DNA of 45,080 bases from a virus. Its lineage: Duplodnaviria; Caudoviricetes. The DNA is taken from positions 1 through 45,080 of IMG/VR virus record IMGVR_UViG_3300005095_000053, one strand, 5' to 3'. The notes below the pieces were generated by a model. The model saw only the letters and a program-made list of their open reading frames with translations, had not been told where the DNA came from and did not search any database. The position numbers and the translations under genes are program-made. Below, piece after piece: positions 9,177 through 18,844 of the stretch (positions are counted from its first letter, which is position 1; every line of letters starts with the position of its first letter).

Positions 9177-9772
9177 TATTTAGAGTATTAGAAGACAAAA
9201 AGCTAAACAAAATAATTACACCAAGTTCATTAACAGAAGACCAATTTATAGGTCTTCAAAAATCAAAGGTTTATAAATTCATTAAAGTAGATGAAAGTGA
9301 TTTACCAAAGCAATATGAAGATGATAAAAGAAAATTTAATGAAATTTTTTATATGCTTGATGAAAATGACAATATTGTCATTGATTATGAAAGAACAGAA
9401 CAGGCATGGTTGGATGAAAGAAAAAAAGAATTGACACATATGATATATACAAATTATCCACAAAGTAAACAAAATAGTGATATTGCTGATAAAATGTATT
9501 ATGAAACTTTATTAAGATCTCTTGAAGATGAAAATCATAACAAGATTTATCCAACATTAGACAATATGATATCAACAATGGTGGTTCAATTCTATCATGG
9601 AAAAACGATAGATGAATTATTAAATTCAATTAATGAAAAAGATAAAGAATCTTTTGAACAATTATTAAAAGTTGGTATAAGGGTAAAATGGATTCAAGAT
9701 TGTAAAAATGAACTGAAACAAGCATTAAAAGAAAAAAGAGAACCACAATATCCATTGTATCCTTTTAATTAA
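9173..9772 (+). CDS. Hypothetical protein, possible tail-fibre assembly chaperone
   Basis: ATGA overlap with the preceding gene; IYTNYPQSKQ and W-containing helical C-terminus; call rests mainly on position. Confidence 0.4.
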   Translation: MIFRVLEDKKLNKIITPSSLTEDQFIGLQKSKVYKFIKVDESDLPKQYEDDKRKFNEIFYMLDENDNIVIDYERTEQAWLDERKKELTHMIYTNYPQSKQNSDIADKMYYETLLRSLEDENHNKIYPTLDNMISTMVVQFYHGKTIDELLNSINEKDKESFEQLLKVGIRVKWIQDCKNELKQALKEKREPQYPLYPFN

Positions 9773-9788
9773 GCGCAAAGGAGATTTA

Positions 9789-10166
9789 ATGAAAATAAAA
9801 CTAATAGCCCCAGATGCTTATTGGAAAATGACTGATAGAGAAAAAACAGAAATATGTAATGGATGTGGTGGAAGAGGAAGTTTATTATCTAAATTTATTC
9901 CTAATGGATGTTTTGAAGAACCATGCAACATACATGACTTTATGTATCATTATGGTGAGAACCTGAATGATAAAAGACTAGCTGATGCTGTATTTCTATA
10001 CAATATGAATCAAGTAATTAAAAGTTTAAGTGGATTTAAAAAATTTATATACAAAAAACTTGCAAAGATATATTGGGAATCAGTTTATAATTTTGGTGAT
10101 TATTATTTTTGGAAAGACAAAAAATTTGATTTTTTAACAGAAAAAGAAGTAGACATAAAGGAATAG
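9789..10166 (+). CDS. Phospholipase A2-fold-like protein
   Basis: CNGCG...CNIHDFMY...ADAVFLYNM matches the secreted-PLA2 C..HD..Y and downstream D pattern; AGGAG RBS. Confidence 0.6.
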   Translation: MKIKLIAPDAYWKMTDREKTEICNGCGGRGSLLSKFIPNGCFEEPCNIHDFMYHYGENLNDKRLADAVFLYNMNQVIKSLSGFKKFIYKKLAKIYWESVYNFGDYYFWKDKKFDFLTEKEVDIKE

Positions 10167-10167
10167 T

Positions 10168-10428
10168 ATGAATAAAAGTATATTTGTTATTTATCTATTG
10201 TTCATATTTTCTGGATGTGCAACAGATAATATTTATAACAAAGCAAAAACAATCTACATAAAAGAAAGGAAAGTTGTGATAAAAAATTGGGATGAATTAC
10301 CAGATGATGTAAAGCGTAAATTACAAGAAATAGATTTTGTTGCAAAAAAATACAATAGAATAAGAACCACCATCAAAGAGTTTTTACAAAAAAAGAAAAA
10401 GGATGTTACATCTCAAAAAAAAGATTAG
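10168..10428 (+). CDS. Lipoprotein (possible spanin or exclusion protein)
   Basis: Signal peptide with lipobox LLFIFSGC followed by an amphipathic helical body. Confidence 0.65.
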   Translation: MNKSIFVIYLLFIFSGCATDNIYNKAKTIYIKERKVVIKNWDELPDDVKRKLQEIDFVAKKYNRIRTTIKEFLQKKKKDVTSQKKD

Positions 10429-10457
10429 AAATAATTTGTATATGGTAAGGAGATATA

Positions 10458-10919
10458 ATGGAGACTGTTGAACACTATATAGAAAAACATTCATTCGAAA
10501 TAGAAAGTATTAAGAAGACTATGTCAGAACTTGCTACAAGTATAAAAGATTTATCACAAGATATAAAAAAAATATCTGAAACGATACAGAAACAAGAAAT
10601 AATACTTGAAAAATTGTCAAATGTTGAAGATAAACATAAAGACACAATTAAAAGAATCCATGATAGAATTGATAAACTAGAAGTCAAAATAGAAACTGAA
10701 ACATCAAGTTATAATTCAAGACTTGACTCATTAATAGATAGAATCGAAGAAACATATGAAAAATTATCATTAAAACCATGTGTATCACATTCAACATTTG
10801 AAGAGAAACTAAAATCACTTGAAAAGACAATAGATGTTCATCAAAAAGTATTATGGGGTATAATATCAACAATATTATTTTCTGTTCTAACAGCAATAGT
10901 AACACATCATTTTAAATAA
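10458..10919 (+). CDS. Coiled-coil protein with C-terminal transmembrane helix (XhlA/holin-like)
   Basis: Heptad-rich body ending VLWGIISTILFSVLTAIV; AAGGAG RBS. Confidence 0.55.
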   Translation: METVEHYIEKHSFEIESIKKTMSELATSIKDLSQDIKKISETIQKQEIILEKLSNVEDKHKDTIKRIHDRIDKLEVKIETETSSYNSRLDSLIDRIEETYEKLSLKPCVSHSTFEEKLKSLEKTIDVHQKVLWGIISTILFSVLTAIVTHHFK

Positions 10920-10930
10920 GGAGATATATA

Positions 10931-11290
10931 ATGTTTGATAATGAAAAAATTATTGAAACATATGATGTTTTGACATCAAGAATAAAAAAAGATCTAGATG
11001 AACAATTTAAACTTGGGAGAATTAAAGGATCAGATTATGCAAATGCCTATGTTCAACTTATGAATACGGCATTACAATTAGCATTTAAGACACCATTAGA
11101 AAGCAAACAAATAGAATTATATGATAGACAAATAAAAGGTTTTGATGACAATATAAAAATAAAACTATTTCAAGCACAGATAAATGCATGGGGTTCTATG
11201 GTTGCTAGTGGTATGCTTGAAGCAAAACCAGCGATTATAAATGATGATGAAGTATCAAAATTATATAATGAATTATTAGATAAGAATTAA
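10931..11290 (+). CDS. Virion structural protein, N4-like
   Basis: LDEQFKLGRIKGSDYANAY and IELYDRQIKGF resemble a conserved N4-like virion protein, here much shorter. Confidence 0.5.
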   Translation: MFDNEKIIETYDVLTSRIKKDLDEQFKLGRIKGSDYANAYVQLMNTALQLAFKTPLESKQIELYDRQIKGFDDNIKIKLFQAQINAWGSMVASGMLEAKPAIINDDEVSKLYNELLDKN

Positions 11291-11292
11291 TA

Positions 11293-11730
11293 ATGTACTG
11301 GAAAGAGCTAGAAAAAGATATTTTTTTTAAAAATATAAAAAATATACATTTTAAACATAAAGATAATATTGAATCAATGGAATATGGATATAAGAATGTA
11401 AAAGATCTGTTTAAAGACTTATATTATTGTGATTTTTGTAGATTTTTTGTTGTAAAAGATGATGAATTTATATATGCAGCAATAACACTTGATAGATGTG
11501 GTAATATCTCATTTTTTACAACAAAAAATTTAGTTGCAGACAAAGCAATAAAATTTGTAAGAACGATAAAAAATTTAATTGATTGGTATTTAATAAATTA
11601 TGAAACGACATTATTTGTTACAACAGCAAATTGGTATAAAGAAGCAATAAAACTAAATAAACTACTTGGATTTGAGAAATATAAAGAATATCATAACAAA
11701 ACAAAGTGGGTAATTAAAGGTAACAAGTAA
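11293..11730 (+). CDS. GNAT-fold protein (T7 gp13-like)
   Basis: C-terminal WYKEAIKLNKLLGFE GNAT-like motif; located in the virion module. Confidence 0.5.
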   Translation: MYWKELEKDIFFKNIKNIHFKHKDNIESMEYGYKNVKDLFKDLYYCDFCRFFVVKDDEFIYAAITLDRCGNISFFTTKNLVADKAIKFVRTIKNLIDWYLINYETTLFVTTANWYKEAIKLNKLLGFEKYKEYHNKTKWVIKGNK

Positions 11731-13394
11731 TGGGATTTGGTGGAAAAATAAAGACTATAAAAAATATAGAATTTACAAATATATTTGACAACAACAAATC
11801 AATTTTTAGTCAGGAAATAGCTATAGCAATGCTAATTACAGACAATGCACTAGATATTGTAAATTATCTTGTAAATAAGATTTTACTTTTTACAAACTCA
11901 AAAATAACAGAAAAATTTGGAGTAAAATCAGAAATATTATTAAATAAGAAATTTATTGAAAAAGGATCAGTTGAAAATTATTTAAAACAAAAATATGGAA
12001 ATTCTGTCATTTTAGTCCACTACACAAAATGTTTATATACAGCTGATAATTGTTTATTTGAACATTGTTACCCAAATATCTATAACGATGTTATAGAACA
12101 TCTAACAAATATTTATAACATTAATCAAGATACACAAATTGAAATTAATGTTAACTATTATGTATGCAAAGGAATTTATGAAAATAATTACATTATTGAA
12201 GATAATGTAGAATTTAATTATTCTATACAATATCATCCATTCATGATAAATAATAAACAATATAAAATTAGTAGTGTAAAACCAAAATACAATAATGGTG
12301 TTTTATATTATGTTGTCAATTTAGAGAATATAGATGATTCAACAGATACTATATCTTTGAATATAGAACCACCAGATGTAAGTAACTATTATTTTGTTAT
12401 ATTTGATGATGGTGGTTCTTTAAAACTTGATTTATTTGATGCAAATCAACTTATTACATCAAGTGTAAATTATACAGCAATTATATATCAAATAAAACAT
12501 AATGGCAATTTTGTTGTAGAAGATAGTAAATATTACAAAGCAATATATCATAAGTATGGTTTCATAAGTGACTTAAAAAAACAATTATCAAGCGATATTA
12601 TAAAGGATGTTGTTATTACACTTGTCTCAAATTGTAATGATGATGTAGTAAAAGACGATATGAATAGTATATATTTTAATTCAACCGAATCAATTATATC
12701 AAATGACTATATAAATATTATTTATTCCCAAATAGATGAAAATAATACAAAATTAAGCATATGTGAAAATAAAAACCAAAAAACAACTAATTGTTATAAT
12801 GAAATAGTAAACAGAAATGAAAATAAATTTATAATTCCAACAAATATAATTAAAAAACTACCATTAAGAAAAAAATATGATTTACTACAAAAATATTCAT
12901 CATTAATAATTTCTACTGAACAGGATGTAAAAATTAGTTGGTATCAATCTGGATTTATTTCATTTCTTATAACAGCTATTGTATTTTCTACAGGAAATCC
13001 ATTACTTGCAACAATGTCAATATTTACAGAGATAGAAAAAAATAGACAATTGATGAATGATAATGAAAATATTGCAACTGTTTTATCATATATTCAATAT
13101 GGAATTACAAGTTACAGTGGTTCTAATTATTTCAACATAAATCCAATTGATATTGTAAATATGCTTCTAAAATTTATCAATGAATATTTCACAATTAAAA
13201 CAAAAGAGATTATATCTGAAATAGATGATATCAATAATAAAATTGAAGATAATAAAAATAAATATCCACACAATGGTGATTTTGCATATATTGATATAGT
13301 AGATACATTCTATGATACAATATACAACTTAGATGATATTAGTTATGATTATCTATATGAAAAAATGTATGATTATGACAAATTTTTTATATAG
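11730..13394 (+). CDS. Virion structural protein with hydrophobic segment
   Basis: MG start, TAATG coupling, VKISWYQSGFISFLITAIVF motif like N4-type structural proteins. Confidence 0.45.
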   Translation: MGFGGKIKTIKNIEFTNIFDNNKSIFSQEIAIAMLITDNALDIVNYLVNKILLFTNSKITEKFGVKSEILLNKKFIEKGSVENYLKQKYGNSVILVHYTKCLYTADNCLFEHCYPNIYNDVIEHLTNIYNINQDTQIEINVNYYVCKGIYENNYIIEDNVEFNYSIQYHPFMINNKQYKISSVKPKYNNGVLYYVVNLENIDDSTDTISLNIEPPDVSNYYFVIFDDGGSLKLDLFDANQLITSSVNYTAIIYQIKHNGNFVVEDSKYYKAIYHKYGFISDLKKQLSSDIIKDVVITLVSNCNDDVVKDDMNSIYFNSTESIISNDYINIIYSQIDENNTKLSICENKNQKTTNCYNEIVNRNENKFIIPTNIIKKLPLRKKYDLLQKYSSLIISTEQDVKISWYQSGFISFLITAIVFSTGNPLLATMSIFTEIEKNRQLMNDNENIATVLSYIQYGITSYSGSNYFNINPIDIVNMLLKFINEYFTIKTKEIISEIDDINNKIEDNKNKYPHNGDFAYIDIVDTFYDTIYNLDDISYDYLYEKMYDYDKFFI

Positions 13395-13402
13395 GAGAGA
13401 AA

Positions 13403-15442
13403 ATGACAAGAGATGAAATAAAAGACTTATATGCAGAGGCTTATAATTTTAAGCATGAAATAAATTCAAAAATACAACAATGGTTAAATGAATTTAGAGG
13501 TGAAAAATATGGTAATGAGATTAAAAATAGATCTTCAATCGTATGGAAAATAATAAAAAAACAAACAATAACATTACAAGCAAATCTAATAAGACCATTT
13601 GTTGTTGGGTCATCAATAGTGGAACTTATTCCAGTATCCAAAAATGATGTTATAAAGTCAAAAATAGATGAAAAAATATTAAACTATTTCTGGGAAAAAG
13701 ATTTCGATAAAAATTCATTTATGAATACATTAACTGGAGTAATGATAAAAGAAGGAACATCATTTATATATGTATCATGGGACTATGAAGAAAAAGTAAA
13801 TAAACAAACAATTAGGGTGTATGACCCAAAAGCATTAGAACCATTTATTAATGCTGGTGCAGAAGTAAATAAAATAAGCGATAATGAATATGAAATAATC
13901 TTCAGAAAGAAGATAAAAAATAGACCACATGCTCAAGTTATTCCAAATGAAGATATCTTTACAGATCCAACAGCATCGTCAATAAGTGAAAGTAGATTTA
14001 TAATAGTAAGATATCCAACAACAAAAGATGAATTATTATCAAATCCATTATATGATAAAGAAATTGTAAATAAATTTATTAATGAAAATTCTGACTCAAT
14101 GACATATGAATCTGGAGAAGATCTACATAACAGACAATTATATAGAAGTTCTTTTGAATTTAATATAGATAAATCATCTAGAAGATTGTTTGTATATGAA
14201 TTTTGGTATAAAAAGAATAATGAAGTCAATATAATATTTTTCTTATCTAATTCACCAAATGATATAACAATAATAGGGAAAAAGAAATATGACTTTAATT
14301 TTTATCCATTTGTTTCTGTTCCATTTTTCGAAAATGAATTTTCTATATGGGGTGATAGCCTTGCAGAAATAATCAGTGATGAACAAAAGTTTATGACTTC
14401 TATTGTTAGAGGTGTAATAGACAATATGTCAAATAGTAATAATGGACAAAAATTTGTAAGAAAAGGAGCATTAGATTCAATAAATATGAGAAGACTAATA
14501 GAGGGATATCCTATCGTTGAAATAAATGCAACTGGTTATCCAATACAGCAATTAATAATGGATGGTTCTTTCAATGAATTGCCAAGTAGTGTATATAACA
14601 TGTTACAAATAATAGAGAACCACTCTGAAGGATTGACTGGGGTTACAAGAACAATAGCAGGCGTAAGTGGTTCTGAATTAAATGCTCCAGCAACAAATTT
14701 TACAGCAATGATGAATCAAGCACAAGTTAGGTTATTGATATTTACTACTAATTTACAACAAGCTCTAAAAAAAATGTTTTTAATGTGGTTAGAGATGTCA
14801 ATGAAATATTTATCTGATGATGATATATATGAAATAACTGGCATAAGTATACCAGAGATAAAAGCAAAAGAAACTAAAAGATTGATAGAAAAATATGGTA
14901 TAGATGAATTACCAGAAGATACAAAACAAAAAGCAATGCTATTAATAGTAGATGAAATAAACAATATGTTTGACAAAAATACAATTAAATATGATTTTAA
15001 TTTTAAGGTTGGTACAGATGGTCTAAAAGCAATAAAAATAAATCAAATAAATATGTTAATGCAACAAGCAGCACAACTGGTAACAGCCAACATATGTCCT
15101 CCAAGTGTGATACAAAAATTACTAGCAAAATTAGCAGAGTTAATGGAATTTCATGATATAGCCGATGAAATAAAAGAATACAAACCACAACCTAATGAAC
15201 TAGAAATACAAATGGCTCAATTAGAAATGTTAATGAAAAAAGCAAAAGCTGATAAAGAAGAAGCATTAGCTAAAAATGCATTAGCTAGAACACAAAGTAC
15301 ATTAGTAAAAGCAAAAAAAGAAGAACTATCAATTGACGCAGATTTATCAACAAAATATGCAGAATTATTGGAAAGAATAAAAAAACTTGAACAACAAAGG
15401 AATGCAAATGACATACAAAGAGATGTTAGAAAATCTACTTGA
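13403..15442 (+). CDS. Portal protein (N4 gp59-like)
   Basis: 679 aa; NRSSIVWKIIKKQ, IFTDPTA, VYEFW, YPFVSVP, G.SLAE.I.D.Q, RG.ID.M..SNNGQ, EGLTGV. Confidence 0.88.
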   Translation: MTRDEIKDLYAEAYNFKHEINSKIQQWLNEFRGEKYGNEIKNRSSIVWKIIKKQTITLQANLIRPFVVGSSIVELIPVSKNDVIKSKIDEKILNYFWEKDFDKNSFMNTLTGVMIKEGTSFIYVSWDYEEKVNKQTIRVYDPKALEPFINAGAEVNKISDNEYEIIFRKKIKNRPHAQVIPNEDIFTDPTASSISESRFIIVRYPTTKDELLSNPLYDKEIVNKFINENSDSMTYESGEDLHNRQLYRSSFEFNIDKSSRRLFVYEFWYKKNNEVNIIFFLSNSPNDITIIGKKKYDFNFYPFVSVPFFENEFSIWGDSLAEIISDEQKFMTSIVRGVIDNMSNSNNGQKFVRKGALDSINMRRLIEGYPIVEINATGYPIQQLIMDGSFNELPSSVYNMLQIIENHSEGLTGVTRTIAGVSGSELNAPATNFTAMMNQAQVRLLIFTTNLQQALKKMFLMWLEMSMKYLSDDDIYEITGISIPEIKAKETKRLIEKYGIDELPEDTKQKAMLLIVDEINNMFDKNTIKYDFNFKVGTDGLKAIKINQINMLMQQAAQLVTANICPPSVIQKLLAKLAELMEFHDIADEIKEYKPQPNELEIQMAQLEMLMKKAKADKEEALAKNALARTQSTLVKAKKEELSIDADLSTKYAELLERIKKLEQQRNANDIQRDVRKST

Positions 15443-15623
15443 AAATGAATACTTCAATGAGATCTTTTACAAATTATTTTTTGATGAATCATTAAGAGAT
15501 ATAATATACAATGGGAATATTGATTCTAAAGAAGTTAGGGATCAAATAAAAGCAAGACAAATATTAAAAAACTTTTTTGACAATATTTCAACATATGATA
15601 TTATTACAGAAACAACTGAATAA
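15408..15623 (+). CDS. Small protein between portal and scaffold (N4 gp58 position)
   Basis: AAAGGA RBS; LENLLENEYFNEIF; overlaps the portal 3' end. Confidence 0.55.
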   Translation: MTYKEMLENLLENEYFNEIFYKLFFDESLRDIIYNGNIDSKEVRDQIKARQILKNFFDNISTYDIITETTE

Positions 15624-15632
15624 GGAGAATCT

Positions 15633-16709
15633 ATGGAAAATGATGTTGTGACTTTAGCTACTCCATCTAATGAGATGGATGCTATTGATGATAAAAATGT
15701 AAACAATGAATCACATGAAAATGATGATGTGAGTAATACAGAAGATTACAAAGAAGATGTCAGTGAGGAAAAAGACACTAGTGATGAATATGATAAGTAT
15801 TGGGATGAAGATATTGATCAACTAGATGGTGATGGATTTAATATCGATGATGTCGGTGATGATGATGATGATGATGAGATAGATGAATATGGCAGTGATT
15901 TAGATGATGAAGAATTTGATGACGACAACAATGATGATGATGCTAATGCAAACAGCATAAGCATAACAAAACCATTAAAATACAGAGGAAAAGAAATTTG
16001 GGTAAGATCTGAAGAAGAGGCGATAGAATTGATGCAAAAAGGTTTAGATTACTCATTTAAGATGAGTAAGATCAAACCATACAGGGAAGTTATTGATATT
16101 CTTGAAAAAAGTGATTTATCTATCGAAGATGTAAAAGCATTGTCTGATGTAAAAAATGGAAATAAAGATGCATTAAAGTATCTATTAAAAAAATACAATG
16201 TTGACTTTAATGATTTATATGAAGACAACATCTATGATGATGCAAATAATGAGGAAAGTGATTACAAACCAGAAATAAATAAAAAAAATGCAATTGAAGA
16301 AATATATGAAGATATTGCAAATACAGATCCAGAACTTGCTGGTAAAGTTGCTGGTGTGTTTAATTCTCTTGATGATACATTTAAAATTGAATTAAACAAT
16401 CCAAATGTATTTATGGCTTTTATAAAGTCTGTAGAATCTGGAGAATTTGACAAAGTATATCCAGAAGCTATAAGAGTAAAAGCATTAAATCCAGCTATTA
16501 ACTGGATACAAGCTTATCAAATAGCATTTAGAAACATAAATACTAATAAAAACACACAAACACAACAAATTAAAAAACCATCACAGGTGGTTCAACCTAG
16601 AAGAAATAAAAATAAACAAAAAAGAACCACCACGATTGAAGAGAAATATGATGAACTATGGAGTGATAAGTATTCTCTTGAAGATCTTGAAAAAATGATA
16701 TTCCAGTAG
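15633..16709 (+). CDS. Acidic capsid scaffolding protein (N4 gp57-like)
   Basis: Asp/Glu-rich N-terminus, then PLKYRGKEIWV.SEEEAIELMQKGLDY..KM..IKP. Confidence 0.7.
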   Translation: MENDVVTLATPSNEMDAIDDKNVNNESHENDDVSNTEDYKEDVSEEKDTSDEYDKYWDEDIDQLDGDGFNIDDVGDDDDDDEIDEYGSDLDDEEFDDDNNDDDANANSISITKPLKYRGKEIWVRSEEEAIELMQKGLDYSFKMSKIKPYREVIDILEKSDLSIEDVKALSDVKNGNKDALKYLLKKYNVDFNDLYEDNIYDDANNEESDYKPEINKKNAIEEIYEDIANTDPELAGKVAGVFNSLDDTFKIELNNPNVFMAFIKSVESGEFDKVYPEAIRVKALNPAINWIQAYQIAFRNINTNKNTQTQQIKKPSQVVQPRRNKNKQKRTTTIEEKYDELWSDKYSLEDLEKMIFQ

Positions 16710-16722
16710 AAAGGAGGGTAAA

Positions 16723-16995
16723 ATGGCTAATCATACTATAAGTGGAGTTCCTTACAAAGTAATTGCTGATTATGATAATGATAATGGTGACACTATCACA
16801 AACAATTTAGATATTGGTGTTAGAGTAGGTCTTACTGAAACAGATGGTGTTACAATTGACATTGAACAAACTAAATTTGTTGGTCCAAATAATAGCATTA
16901 CATATCCTAGTGGTCTTGGTTCTGGAAGAAAATTAATTTTATTTAAACAAGCTAATACATCAACATTAAATGGTTATGATATTACAATTTCTTAA
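16723..16995 (+). CDS. Small beta-rich protein, possible capsid decoration protein
   Basis: Strong AGGAGG RBS, Gly/Thr/Asn rich, directly upstream of the capsid gene. Confidence 0.45.
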   Translation: MANHTISGVPYKVIADYDNDNGDTITNNLDIGVRVGLTETDGVTIDIEQTKFVGPNNSITYPSGLGSGRKLILFKQANTSTLNGYDITIS

Positions 16996-17019
16996 TAACT
17001 AAATAATAAGGAGTCGGAT

Positions 17020-18096
17020 ATGCCTACATTAATGTATGGAGATCAAGGTAGTGGTTTAGGTGTTAAACAACAAGCATATTTAGATAAATTAATGGCTACA
17101 AGAGTAGCTGAAAAAACAATTTTTGATAGATTTGCAACTATGCAAAGAACATTACCGCAAAAAAGTGGTAAAACAATAAAATTTAGAAAAACAATTCCTA
17201 TGGAAGATCTTGTGTTAGCAAACAAGTTATATCTTGAATATACACAAAATGATGTTGTTAATCTTGGTGAGGGAATTCACCATATGATTGAAAAAGATTT
17301 CTATAAAAATTTTGTTTTACCTGAAGGTTCTAGTGGTTCTGAATTTGGTGATTTTAAAACAATTGAATTACAGACTGATGTATTTCCTATTGGTGCATGG
17401 ATGAGTGTTACTGAAGAAACAAACTTGTTCCACGATATGTATACTCTTGCAAATAATGTTGAGGAGTATTCAAGAATTGCAGCAAAAATTATTGATGGAT
17501 TCTACAGGGATCTATATCTAAATAGTGCTGGTCATTTTATTGACATTACTGGAAATAGTGATCCAGATGACAAAGTAACATCTAGTGCATTTACAGATGC
17601 TGTTAGAAAAGTTTCACTATTATTAAGATTATCTGGCGCTGAATATGTTGATGAAATTTTAAAATCAAGTCCTAATTATGGAACTGAACCTGTTTGGAGT
17701 AGATATGTAGGATTAGCAAACCCATTGATGGCTGAAAATATAAAAGATAATCCTGACTTTGTACCATTAGAAAAATATGCAAGTGGAATTAAACCATTAG
17801 ATGGTGAAATAGGTATGTTAAAAGACATAAGAATAGTTGAAGCATTTAATATGTATGCTGAACAAGAAGGATCTGGTACTGGAATTGGATATCTACTTGT
17901 TATGGGTAAAGATCATACAGCTAATGTTCCTATTAGAGGTAAAAAAAGAATTGAAGTAATTGTAAAAGGATTTAATGCACAAGATAAGTCAGACCCATTA
18001 AACAGATTGCAAATTGTTGGTTGGAAATCTTGGCTTGGTGCACTTACAATACAACCAGAAAGAATTGCCGTAATAAAAGCTAGATTTAATTATTGA
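17020..18096 (+). CDS. Major capsid protein, N4-gp56 family
   Basis: LPQKSGKTIKFR, LPEG, FVPLEKYA, DGEIG...IRIV, DKSDPLN...VGWK. Confidence 0.92.
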   Translation: MPTLMYGDQGSGLGVKQQAYLDKLMATRVAEKTIFDRFATMQRTLPQKSGKTIKFRKTIPMEDLVLANKLYLEYTQNDVVNLGEGIHHMIEKDFYKNFVLPEGSSGSEFGDFKTIELQTDVFPIGAWMSVTEETNLFHDMYTLANNVEEYSRIAAKIIDGFYRDLYLNSAGHFIDITGNSDPDDKVTSSAFTDAVRKVSLLLRLSGAEYVDEILKSSPNYGTEPVWSRYVGLANPLMAENIKDNPDFVPLEKYASGIKPLDGEIGMLKDIRIVEAFNMYAEQEGSGTGIGYLLVMGKDHTANVPIRGKKRIEVIVKGFNAQDKSDPLNRLQIVGWKSWLGALTIQPERIAVIKARFNY

Positions 18097-18144
18097 TGTA
18101 TATAACCATGAACCACCTCATCTGGTGGTTCTTATTATATACAT
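18096..18144 (+). terminator. Terminator-like hairpin after the capsid gene, formed by an inverted GAACCAC/GTGGTTC pair
   Basis: ATGTATATAA-CCAT-GAACCACC-TCATCT-GGTGGTTC-TTA-TTATATACAT. Confidence 0.65.
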
Positions 18145-18165
18145 TAATAAAAACAAGGAGAAAAT

Positions 18166-18486
18166 ATGGCAAAAAGTAAAAGTAATGATATCAAGATAGT
18201 AGTCTTACCAGCAACTGATAATGCAAGAAAAGAAGGATATGCTAGAGCAAATGGAAAAATCATCCCATTTGAGGCAACAGTAGTTGTACCAATTGATGTA
18301 TATGAGGCATTAAAAAGAATAAAAGAACCAGTTGTAGAAGATGCTGGAACAATTGATGTAAAAGACATGATGGATACATTAAGAGTTTCTCAAGAGAAAA
18401 TGAATGCCATAGCAAAAATGAGTCCAGAAATGATGAGAAAAAGAAAAGTAAAATTTATAAATAAATATTATGTAAAAGCTATTTAA
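18166..18486 (+). CDS. Protein downstream of capsid gene (N4 gp55 position)
   Basis: AAGGAG RBS; ANGKIIPFE..V.VP..VYEALK. Confidence 0.55.
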   Translation: MAKSKSNDIKIVVLPATDNARKEGYARANGKIIPFEATVVVPIDVYEALKRIKEPVVEDAGTIDVKDMMDTLRVSQEKMNAIAKMSPEMMRKRKVKFINKYYVKAI

Positions 18487-18489
18487 ACA

Positions 18490-18514
18490 ATATAACCACT
18501 ATTTGTGGTTATAT
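18490..18514 (+). terminator. Hairpin after gene 18166-18486
   Basis: ATATAACCAC-TATTT-GTGGTTATAT, perfect 10-bp stem. Confidence 0.55.
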
Positions 18515-18550
18515 GATTTAAATAGACTTCTTAAAAAAAAAGGAACTACA

Positions 18551-18841
18551 ATGAATGAGCTTACTCTTGCAAATTTCAAAAAGCTTGATTATGATTTAAG
18601 TAACTATATGCCAGATGAAAATACTAACTACAATTTCAATATCGAACCATTTAAACAATTAAATTTTGGAATAAATTCATTTGCTACATTAGGTAATTTA
18701 TTTCTTGGATTTAAAAAGTATAATCTAGCAAAAGACCAACTAAAATTAGCTAAACAACAATGGAATATAACACTTGATGAGATAAACAGAATTAAAAATG
18801 TTAGAGATAGAATAACAAAAGAATATCTAGGCCAAGGATAA
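18551..18841 (+). CDS. Small putative internal virion (ejection) protein
   Basis: AAAGGA RBS before ATG 18551; amphipathic segment followed by YNLAKDQLKLAKQQW. Confidence 0.5.
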   Translation: MNELTLANFKKLDYDLSNYMPDENTNYNFNIEPFKQLNFGINSFATLGNLFLGFKKYNLAKDQLKLAKQQWNITLDEINRIKNVRDRITKEYLGQG

Positions 18842-18844
18842 AAA

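Noticed and set aside
15846-15941. GAT trinucleotide runs as a tandem-repeat element
   Set aside because: They simply encode the poly-Asp tract of the scaffold protein.
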